A stretch of 53,420 nucleotides of DNA from assembly GCA_028712095.1 (NCBI GenBank), contig JAQTQU010000002.1, forward strand, positions 1 to 53,420, in the 5' to 3' direction. This document shows positions 16,563 to 24,099 of the stretch, piece by piece. The notes under the pieces are model-generated. The model searched no databases. It was not told where the DNA came from and worked only from the letters and a program-made list of their open reading frames with translations. Every line of letters begins with the position of its first letter. The stretch's first letter is position 1. The translations under genes and the position numbers were made by a program. The stretch is from Candidatus Peribacteraceae bacterium. GTDB lineage: Bacteria; Patescibacteriota; Gracilibacteria; Peribacterales; Peribacteraceae.

Positions 16563-19500
16563 ATGTCCTTCTCTCTCTCCCGCCGGTCCGCCGCCGTCGT
16601 ACTCATCGCTCTCGGAGCCGCGGCGTTGCTGGCGTGGCGCGACGCCCCCTGGTCAAAGTGGAAAGGGCAAACGGCGGGGGAATATGAAGACGGCTATCAA
16701 GAGATAGAGCTCCTGACGGATGAGCACTATGCCGACTGTTACGGTGGCGTTGGCGGCTACAGTTACGACGTTTGCCAGTATTTTTGCTATGAGTTCTGCT
16801 ACCCCGACTGCACGGACGATCAGGATCCCACCATGCCCTGTGGCGGCTGTTACTGGTCGACAGAACCACGTGGCAGCGCCAGTATCGACCTAAGCACCTA
16901 TGCCGACTACGTATCAACCGAAGGCATGTTCACGTGCGACAGCCCATCCGTCTACCCGCGGGATGGCACGTGCTACTTGGGCTGGACCCAGGATAGCCGC
17001 GCAGCGGCCGGCCTCTGCTGGTGCGGCAACGGTTATGCAGACGGATTCGGCGAGCAATGCGACGAAGGCGATCGCGACTACGAATACTATTACGGGACCT
17101 GCACAGGGCCCTCCAACGAATCCAGCAGCGAAGGTACCGACATTCCCGAGTGGCCCGAACATGACGACGCGGGACGCCGGTGCAATGCGGATGATGCTTC
17201 GGTCGTCGGCGGCTGCTCAAAAACCTGCACGCGGAATTCCGCATCGTCATCCTCGTCTTCATCGTCGAGGGGATACTGGTGCTGCGATACGAGCGGAACA
17301 TTCACTTGTGTGGAAGCGGTGCATGAAACCGAAGGGTGGCATTGTCCGGCGAAACCGGGGAACGCCGGTAATTACCCGTTTGCGGGGCTCACCCTCGATA
17401 CGTGCAAAGAAGAATGCGAAAACACGGTTCCCGAATACTACTGCTGCAATAATGACACTCGTGAATGTATGGGCTCGAACATAGTCGAGGGACCGGCGGA
17501 CAACCAATTGGGCTCGCAGTGTCCCGACGACTCTCACTACGAAGCGGATACGATGGAAGCATGCGAAGCAACCTGTGCCGAAGCCGTCTGCGGCAACGGC
17601 AAGCTGGAAACGGGGGAGGAATGCGACCATGGAACCACGGACGGGAACGGAGATGACCGCATGTGCAACTCATCATGCGATCTTCGCTGCAAAACTCAAT
17701 TCGGCTACAACTCTGCAACCCATAATTATGACGGGGCCACGTACTGGGTGAATCACGCGCGAGGGATCTTGAGCTGGGAGGACTGTCGACTCGTTTGCGC
17801 GGAAGGAACCACATGGACGACGGATGATACCGACTATGGATCCTACTGCGCCGATCCGCAGGATTGTCCCGTGGAATACAGCGCCGAAAATGACGCCGCC
17901 GCGGTGGCGGGGTGCCGCGACCGCTGCAGCGACCTCCATGCCGGCGTCATCGCCGTGGAAGGGTGTGTTTCATCGTGCGTCTGCGCCTGCCGCGGAGGTG
18001 AAGGAAGCGCAGGAGGGTGTTTCGACGGCTGCGTTTTTTCCACTAACCCCGAAGAAACTCTCGGCTGCTCCGGGGACGCGGAATGCTGTCGGGCTGCATG
18101 CATCGACGAAACCTGTCGACTCGATAACGGCGGCGGTGACGACAACAACGGCGGGGGAGGAGATAACGGTGGTGGTGGCGACAATGGCGGGGGAGGAGAT
18201 AACGGTGGTGGTGGTGGCGACAACGGCGGGGGAGGAGATAACGGTGGTGGTGGCGACAATGGCGGCGGAGGGGGTGATGATGACGGGGGAGGAGGGGATG
18301 ACGATGGCGGGGATGGAGGAGGAGATGACGGAGGGGGGGGCGGATCATCGGGCTCACAAGCCTCGTCTGCGGCAAGCGCGGCAAGTTCCGCGCAGTCCAA
18401 CGGAGAAAACTCCTCGGCTGCCTCCGACGCATCGGCCGATTCGAGCAGCGTCAGCAGAGAACCGCAGGACTGCGATCTTTCGCGCTGCTCCTGGGAAGCT
18501 TCCGCGGAAGCCTGCGAAGACCTGGGAGGCACGGTGGAGACATCCACATCGCTCACGGAAATTCCAGAGGGAATCAACGCCGTGAGAAAATTCTTCGCAT
18601 GGATTTCCGGTATGTGGACCGTTCCGCGAAAAAGCGCCTACCTCTTGGCAAGGGAGGAGAACTACTGCCAGACGGGTTATGCCTGCGTGAACTTCCGCCC
18701 GCACAGCGGTTCTGATGATCAGTGGTGCAAAATCTACTGCTCCCAGATAGACAAGCCCTACGAGGAATGGGAAGACATCGGCTGCGACCCGCAAGACCCG
18801 TCTTACAGTCAGTGCTGCAAGTGCGACGAACGCACGCCCGCCGAGCGGTGCGGCGGAAGCCAGTATGCCTGCCTGGACAACGTTCAGAACTATTCCCTGG
18901 ACAATGCCTGCGATAGCTACTGCAAAGACAAAGGAAAATTCATGGACAGCGCCTGGATGCAGGAATGCATGGATAGTCCGTCGTACGATCAAGGATGTTG
19001 CAAGTGCCTGGGAGATGATGATGACGATGACGATGATGATGACGATGATGAAGAGGATGACGATGAAGATGAAGATGATGATCATGGTGACGTCTGCTGC
19101 TGCGACAGTGGCGGCGACAATTCGAGCGCCTCCTCACGGCTCTCCTCCGGCTCCGCCCAATCCAGCAGTGTTTCTCTGGCGAACGCCTCTTCCGATGCTT
19201 CCTCTCCCCCCGACACTTCTTCGCAGGCTTCCTGGGTTTCCTCCTCCGCTCCCTCCGCCGGCAGCAGTTCTTCGAAATCCTCCTCTTCCTCCAAGTCATC
19301 CTCTTCATCCTCTCGCAGTTCCTCTTCCTCCAAGTCATCCTCTTCATCCTCTCGCAGTTCCTCTTCCTCCAAATCGTCCTCCTCGTCCTCCTGCAGTTCT
19401 TCCAGCTCCTTCAAGTCTTCCTCTTCCTCCAGCAGTCTCCTCATCATTTGCTGTTGCAGCGACATGGATGTGAACCTCTGCGCCTGGACTTCCCTCTCCT

Positions 19501-21188
19501 ACTGTGAAGCTGCCACAGGGATGCACGTGTCCTCCACGTGGCTGTGCTTGTACCCCCCTGTCTCCAGTAGCAGTTCTTCCTCGTCTTCCTCTGCGAGCAG
19601 TTCCTCCACGTCATCCTCCTCCCTGTCCACCTCCTCTTCCAGCAGCAGTGCCTCCACCAGTTGCTGCTGCAATCAAGGTGAAACGTTCTGTTTCCTGACG
19701 CTCCCTTCATTCTGCTCTGACCTCATCGGCTTCCACTTCGCCGACAGCTGGCTCTGCTCCGTTTCTTCCAGTTCCTCTTCGTCAAAATCTTCCTCTTCAT
19801 CCTCTCGCAGTTCCTCCAGTTCCTCCACGTCATCCTCTTCGTCCTCTCGCAGTTCCTCCAGTTCCTCCAAGTCTTCCTCTTCGTCCTCTCGCAGTTCCTC
19901 CAGTTCCTCCAAGTCTTCCTCTTCGTCCCAATCTTCTTCTTCCTCTTCGAGCAGTTCCTCCAGTTCCTCTGCTATCGCAACCTGCGGAAACGGCATCGTG
20001 GAAGGTACGGAGCAGTGCGACGACGGAAACTTCTACACCGGTGACGGCTGCGGGCGTTTCTGCGAGCTGGAGCATCCCGGTGTCTGCGGCAACGGAATCA
20101 TTGAGGTCACCGAGGAGTGCGACGACGGCAACAGGATCAACGGAGACGGATGCTCCGCCTACTGCCTGCGTGAATTGATCGCCTCCCAGTCCGTGTGCGG
20201 AAACGGAATCGTCGAATGGGGGGAGGAGTGCGACGACGGCAACAGAACCAGCAACGACGGCTGCAGCGGCTCCTGCCGCATTGAAATCACCCTGACTCCC
20301 CGATGCGGCGACGGATTCCTGGACTCCGCGGACGGAGAGGAGTGCGACGACGGCAACAGGATCAACGGAGACGGATGTTCCGCCTACTGCCTGCGGGAGT
20401 CGGTTTCCTCCCGGTCCGTGTGTGGCGATGGCGTGAAAGAAACCTCGGAACAGTGCGACGACGGCAACGTAATCAATGGAGACGGCTGCGATCGCGGTTG
20501 CCGCCTGGAAGCGCAAATCCTGACCCCCGGATCCGGGTGCGGTAACGGAAACCGGGAAGGGACGGAGGAGTGCGACGACGGGAATCGCCGCGACTTCGAC
20601 GGCTGCTCCGCCTCGTGCTACCTCGAGAAAGGTTCCTGCGGAGACGGCATCATCCAGCGTGCGCTCAATGAACAGTGTGAACCGTCCATCCACGATTCCT
20701 CCCTGCCCTACGGATGCGGCGCAGACTGTCGCTTCGTCCTGAAGTTCTGCGGGAACGGAGTGCTCGACCTCGGCGAGGAGTGCGACGCGGGCAAGCTCAA
20801 CGGCGACCGGTCCGATGCGGCCTGCCGGTCGGATTGTTCCCTTCCCCGCTGCGGCGACGGCATTCTGGATCAGCCGGAACTGTGCGACGATGGAAACTTA
20901 TTGAAAGGAGACGGATGCAACGAGTACTGCATGAAAGAAGAAAACGCGGCGCCGACTTTCACGTCCTCTGCCTCGTCCGCTGTGCCCGGTCAAACTCCTC
21001 TCCAGAAACCCGGGCTTACAACTCCGCTTTTCGCCACGCTTCGGGTCTTCGAGCCGCTGGGACAACAAACCGTTCGCACCCCGCCGCAGGGTCCCGCTGG
21101 GCAGACCGGCCCCGCGAGCACCGCCGTCATGGCCGCGGGGGCGGCAGCCGGATTCGCGTGGACGAGGAGGAGGAAACGGAGAGAATGA
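16563..21188 (+). CDS. Giant cysteine-dense low-complexity surface protein (1541 aa) with C-terminal array of CGxG...ECDDGN...DGC...C repeats and a sorting-signal-like tail
   Basis: N-terminal TM/signal segment AAVVLIALGAAALLAW. About 11 repeats are of the type CGNGIVE.TEECDDGN.INGDGCS.YC (Myxococcus cysteine-rich-repeat / DUF4215 class, from memory). (GGGGDN)n, poly-Asp/Glu and long poly-Ser tracts are present. The tail reads GPAGQTGPASTAVMAAGAAAGFAWTRRRKRRE. Confidence 0.85.
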   Translation: MSFSLSRRSAAVVLIALGAAALLAWRDAPWSKWKGQTAGEYEDGYQEIELLTDEHYADCYGGVGGYSYDVCQYFCYEFCYPDCTDDQDPTMPCGGCYWSTEPRGSASIDLSTYADYVSTEGMFTCDSPSVYPRDGTCYLGWTQDSRAAAGLCWCGNGYADGFGEQCDEGDRDYEYYYGTCTGPSNESSSEGTDIPEWPEHDDAGRRCNADDASVVGGCSKTCTRNSASSSSSSSSRGYWCCDTSGTFTCVEAVHETEGWHCPAKPGNAGNYPFAGLTLDTCKEECENTVPEYYCCNNDTRECMGSNIVEGPADNQLGSQCPDDSHYEADTMEACEATCAEAVCGNGKLETGEECDHGTTDGNGDDRMCNSSCDLRCKTQFGYNSATHNYDGATYWVNHARGILSWEDCRLVCAEGTTWTTDDTDYGSYCADPQDCPVEYSAENDAAAVAGCRDRCSDLHAGVIAVEGCVSSCVCACRGGEGSAGGCFDGCVFSTNPEETLGCSGDAECCRAACIDETCRLDNGGGDDNNGGGGDNGGGGDNGGGGDNGGGGGDNGGGGDNGGGGDNGGGGGDDDGGGGDDDGGDGGGDDGGGGGSSGSQASSAASAASSAQSNGENSSAASDASADSSSVSREPQDCDLSRCSWEASAEACEDLGGTVETSTSLTEIPEGINAVRKFFAWISGMWTVPRKSAYLLAREENYCQTGYACVNFRPHSGSDDQWCKIYCSQIDKPYEEWEDIGCDPQDPSYSQCCKCDERTPAERCGGSQYACLDNVQNYSLDNACDSYCKDKGKFMDSAWMQECMDSPSYDQGCCKCLGDDDDDDDDDDDDEEDDDEDEDDDHGDVCCCDSGGDNSSASSRLSSGSAQSSSVSLANASSDASSPPDTSSQASWVSSSAPSAGSSSSKSSSSSKSSSSSSRSSSSSKSSSSSSRSSSSSKSSSSSSCSSSSSFKSSSSSSSLLIICCCSDMDVNLCAWTSLSYCEAATGMHVSSTWLCLYPPVSSSSSSSSSSASSSSTSSSSLSTSSSSSSASTSCCCNQGETFCFLTLPSFCSDLIGFHFADSWLCSVSSSSSSSKSSSSSSRSSSSSSTSSSSSSRSSSSSSKSSSSSSRSSSSSSKSSSSSQSSSSSSSSSSSSSAIATCGNGIVEGTEQCDDGNFYTGDGCGRFCELEHPGVCGNGIIEVTEECDDGNRINGDGCSAYCLRELIASQSVCGNGIVEWGEECDDGNRTSNDGCSGSCRIEITLTPRCGDGFLDSADGEECDDGNRINGDGCSAYCLRESVSSRSVCGDGVKETSEQCDDGNVINGDGCDRGCRLEAQILTPGSGCGNGNREGTEECDDGNRRDFDGCSASCYLEKGSCGDGIIQRALNEQCEPSIHDSSLPYGCGADCRFVLKFCGNGVLDLGEECDAGKLNGDRSDAACRSDCSLPRCGDGILDQPELCDDGNLLKGDGCNEYCMKEENAAPTFTSSASSAVPGQTPLQKPGLTTPLFATLRVFEPLGQQTVRTPPQGPAGQTGPASTAVMAAGAAAGFAWTRRRKRRE
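18127..18340 (+). repeat. In-frame tandem repeat encoding (GGGGDN)n / Gly-Asp tract
   Basis: Units ggcgggggaggagataac / ggtggtggtggcgacaat reiterate with an 18/36-nt period inside the 16563..21188 CDS. Confidence 0.8.
19261..19437 (+). repeat. In-frame 42-nt tandem repeat encoding Ser-rich SSSSKSSSSSSRSS units
   Basis: The unit tcctcttcctccaagtcatcctcttcatcctctcgcagt occurs back to back, with degenerate copies on both sides. Confidence 0.8.
19765..19975 (+). repeat. Second in-frame Ser-rich tandem repeat block (45-nt period)
   Basis: The unit tcctcttcgtcctctcgcagttcctccagttcctccaagtct is repeated. It encodes SSSSSRSSSSSSKSS units. Confidence 0.8.
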
Positions 21189-21219
21189 AGTGGCACCGGT
21201 CGCTCAGAATGCTTCCGGA

Positions 21220-22011
21220 TCAGGAAGAAACGGAAGACGTGAGTTTCCATCGCGCCCAGAGTACTCCCCCGAACGCAATGAGCGGCAGCGTATAGAGTTG
21301 CCCGCGCGTGAGGGTGAAGAGACCGAGGAAAACAGGAGGAGCATCCGGCTCACGCACAAACTCCACGAGAACACGCAGAACACCGTAGAGCACGAGAAAC
21401 AGGGCGAACGTCCCGCCGGGACGGAGCAAACGTGTGCGGTGGAGGTGCCACAGGCACACCGCCGCGATGAAGAGATCCTTGGCAACGGCGTAGAGTTGCA
21501 CAGGATGACGCAATCCCTCGCTACCCGGAAACGCCGTGCCCCACGGGAGCGTCGTCACCGTACCGTAGAGCTCCAGATTGATGAAATTCCCCACCCTGCC
21601 GAGCGCAAGACCCAGTGCGCCGGGAATGACCAGCAGATCGAGCAGTGCAGCAAGCGGAATGTGCCGGCGGCGTGTGACGAGCAGGAGCGCGGCACCGACG
21701 CCGATGAATCCGCCGTGCGAGGACATGCCCCCGTTCCAGACAGCAAATATTTCCAGCGGATGCAGGGCGAAATAGACCGGATGATAGAAGAGCACATACC
21801 CCAGCCTGCCGCCGATGAGCACTCCCAGAATGCCGGCCGTGAGCACATCGGACCAGTCATGCCGTGAAAGAGCGAGACCGCGCTCCTGCTGCAATCGCGG
21901 CAGGAGGAGAAAAGCGATCAGGAAAGCGACGATGTACAGAATCCCGTACCAGTGGATCCCAAATCCGAAGAGCGAAACAGCCACTGCGCGGGAAGGAAAG
22001 AATTGAAACAT
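21220..22011 (-). CDS. lgt: Prolipoprotein diacylglyceryl transferase
   Basis: IHWYGILYIVAFLIAF..., GGRLGYVLFY, GGMSSHGGFIG, LGRVGNFINLELYG and HPVQLYA match Lgt. TATACT (22023..22018) lies 6 nt upstream of the ATG. Confidence 0.9.
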   Translation of the reverse strand: MFQFFPSRAVAVSLFGFGIHWYGILYIVAFLIAFLLLPRLQQERGLALSRHDWSDVLTAGILGVLIGGRLGYVLFYHPVYFALHPLEIFAVWNGGMSSHGGFIGVGAALLLVTRRRHIPLAALLDLLVIPGALGLALGRVGNFINLELYGTVTTLPWGTAFPGSEGLRHPVQLYAVAKDLFIAAVCLWHLHRTRLLRPGGTFALFLVLYGVLRVLVEFVREPDAPPVFLGLFTLTRGQLYTLPLIAFGGVLWARWKLTSSVSS

Positions 22012-22105
22012 GGTAACAGTATACGGTACTCATTGGCTCATTACCGGTTACTCGTTGAAATACGGTGAGTGATACAGAAATCGAGCAACAAGCCAACGAG
22101 AAACG

Positions 22106-22888
22106 CTACCCTTCTACTCTCTTTGCGATCACCACGAAACGTTCTTTCGTTGATCCAATCGGGTAGCAGGTGATGAGCTTGAGCAGACTCTCCTCCTGCT
22201 GCTCACGCAGAATCGTCGTATCCTCCGCCGGAATGATCATGGTATCCACCACCTCGTACAGAACCGTCGCATGCAGGGTGCGCAGTGCGATCTGCGTCCT
22301 CCGCTCAATGTCGGGCAGACCGGCAAAGATGGAGCCGAAGCGGCTCTCGCGGGCCCGGTCGCTGGGCGGGCTGGAATGCCCTGCGATGACTATCGTTCCA
22401 CGGGCCCCGGGATCAACGGCATTCGGATACGCCACAACACCGTACAGCAGCCCCACCTGCATCTGACGCTCCATTGTGTCCCAATCCCGCACATCCCAGT
22501 ACCGCCGTGACGGCAGATAGACTGCCGAGCGGATCGCAAGCGAGGGAATGGAGAGCGTCGCCACCTCCTGCATTTCCCACTGCGAGAGCTCATCGTGCCT
22601 CTGCCGGGCCTCGGCAGAAGAGGAAGACACACTGCCGGCAGCATGCAGGTCCGGCATGAGCGGCGCCGTCCGCTGCGGTACTGCCGGGTGACGCTCCTCG
22701 GCAGGAACCGCAGGAGCCGTACTGCCGGAAGCAGACAGTGCCGGTACAGGATGCAGGGGTTCTTCCCCCGTTTCCACAGCAACGGAGGCGACGAAGCTGC
22801 GCACAATATCCGCCCAGAGCAAGAAGGAAAGCATGATGCTCAGGGCCGCCAGAACGAAGGCTATGGATCGTTTTTGGTGTGCAGTCAT
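22106..22888 (-). CDS. Sortase-family transpeptidase
   Basis: An N-terminal TM segment is followed by the catalytic His (VIAGHSS), Cys (LITCYP) and Arg (ERFVVIA) in the canonical sortase order. Confidence 0.85.
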   Translation of the reverse strand: MTAHQKRSIAFVLAALSIMLSFLLWADIVRSFVASVAVETGEEPLHPVPALSASGSTAPAVPAEERHPAVPQRTAPLMPDLHAAGSVSSSSAEARQRHDELSQWEMQEVATLSIPSLAIRSAVYLPSRRYWDVRDWDTMERQMQVGLLYGVVAYPNAVDPGARGTIVIAGHSSPPSDRARESRFGSIFAGLPDIERRTQIALRTLHATVLYEVVDTMIIPAEDTTILREQQEESLLKLITCYPIGSTKERFVVIAKRVEG

Positions 22889-22899
22889 GTATTATGGAT

Positions 22900-22927
22900 A
22901 TTATACAACATTTTTGGATTTAATCAA
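22900..22927 (-). promoter_or_regulatory. Candidate promoter of the sortase gene
   Basis: On the minus strand: TTGATT (22927..22922), a 16-nt spacer, TATAAT (22905..22900), then only 11 nt to ATG 22888. Confidence 0.5.
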
Positions 22928-22970
22928 AACTCCTCATGGATGGGATATTCCCCTACGCTACGGGCCTGTT

Positions 22971-24041
22971 ATGAACGTCCTCGGCATTGAAACATCGTGC
23001 GATGAAACCTCGGCAGCCGTCGTCACGGACGGCAGAACGGTGCAGAGCTGCATCATTGCCTCCTCGCGCTCCGCATTCGCGCTCTCCGGCGGGGTTATTC
23101 CGGAACACGCCGCACGGGAACAATTGCAATCCATCCATCCCGTCATCGATCAGGCACTGACGCAGGCAAACATGACTGCGAAGGACATTGACCTCATTGC
23201 CGTCACGCGCGGACCGGGGCTGCTCGGTTCGTTGCTCGTGGGCACCGTGACCGCACGCACGCTGGCCGCCCTGTGGCACACACCGCTGGCCGGCGTGCAC
23301 CATACCATCGGTCACCTCTCCTCCATCTGGCTGGACGCGCAGCAGTTTCCGCAATTCCCTCTGCTCACGCTGTCGGCATCGGGCGGCCACACGGAACTGT
23401 GGCTGCGCACCTCGCACGCGGCCGGCGAGCTCCTCGGTCAGACGCGCGACGATGCCGCGGGCGAAGCCTTCGACAAGGGCGCGAGCATGCTCTCTCTCCC
23501 CTACCCCGGCGGACCCTCGGTCTCGCAGGCAGGTGAGCACGGCAATCCGCGCGCGTTTCCGTTTCCGCATCCGCTCTCGGATGAAGACACGCTCGATTTC
23601 AGTTACTCGGGACTGAAAACGGCGCTCAAGTACACCCTCCGCGATCTGACAACGGCACAACGCTCCGCGCTATCCGCAACCGGCTCCCCGCTCGCCGCGG
23701 ATCTCGCGGCATCCTATGAATATGCCATCTGCACGCACCTCTGCGACCGCGTGGAGCGCGCACTGCGCCGGCACGAAAACGCGCAGGAAGTGCACGTGGC
23801 GGGCGGTGTGTCCGCCAACCGGCGTTTGCGGTCGATGCTTGGCGCAGTCTGCGGCGGCCGCCCCGTCCGCTTTCCTGCAAAACTGCTCTACTGCACCGAC
23901 AATGCCGCCATGATCGCCGCTGCCGCGACATTCCTGCAGCAGGAAAACAACAATAAACATAACGGACACTTTGAGACTGCCGCTTCACTGCCGAGCACGG
24001 AGGTGTTCGTCCTCAGCCAAACGCCGGAGCGATCGCCGTGA
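22971..24041 (+). CDS. tsaD: tRNA N6-adenosine threonylcarbamoyltransferase
   Basis: MNVLGIETSCDETSAAVV..., GPGLLGSLLVG, HHTIGH and VAGGVSAN are Kae1/TsaD hallmarks. ATG 22971 was chosen. Confidence 0.9.
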   Translation: MNVLGIETSCDETSAAVVTDGRTVQSCIIASSRSAFALSGGVIPEHAAREQLQSIHPVIDQALTQANMTAKDIDLIAVTRGPGLLGSLLVGTVTARTLAALWHTPLAGVHHTIGHLSSIWLDAQQFPQFPLLTLSASGGHTELWLRTSHAAGELLGQTRDDAAGEAFDKGASMLSLPYPGGPSVSQAGEHGNPRAFPFPHPLSDEDTLDFSYSGLKTALKYTLRDLTTAQRSALSATGSPLAADLAASYEYAICTHLCDRVERALRRHENAQEVHVAGGVSANRRLRSMLGAVCGGRPVRFPAKLLYCTDNAAMIAAAATFLQQENNNKHNGHFETAASLPSTEVFVLSQTPERSP

Positions 24042-24099
24042 GCGCGAGGCCCAGAATGCCGATGACCGCAAGCAGACGGATGAGAGATTTGCGCTTCAT
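24013..24099 (-). CDS. Candidate 28-aa hydrophobic micro-protein (MKRKSLIRLLAVIGILGLALTAIAPAFG), translationally coupled to the PKD gene
   Basis: This ORF is not in the supplied track because it is shorter than 60 aa. Its ATG overlaps the TGA of 24096..26132 as ATGA. It has a basic N-terminus followed by a single TM-length helix. It overlaps the last 29 nt of convergent tsaD. Confidence 0.4.
   Translation of the reverse strand: MKRKSLIRLLAVIGILGLALTAIAPAFG

Noticed and set aside
18127-19975. CRISPR-like array
   Set aside because: The periodic repeats are in-frame coding repeats (Gly/Asp and Ser tracts) with no unique spacers of 25-40 nt, and no cas genes are present.
17843-20693. Several long minus-strand ORFs (17843..18577 Pro/Ser-rich, 19082..19465 and 19673..19996 Glu/Leu/Asp-rich, 19830..20693)
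   Set aside because: They are complements of the Gly/Asp, Ser and Cys-repeat tracts of the 1541-aa gene. Their low complexity simply mirrors the sense-strand repeats.
21190-21867. 225-aa plus-strand ORF
   Set aside because: It lies antisense to lgt, which is clearly identified.
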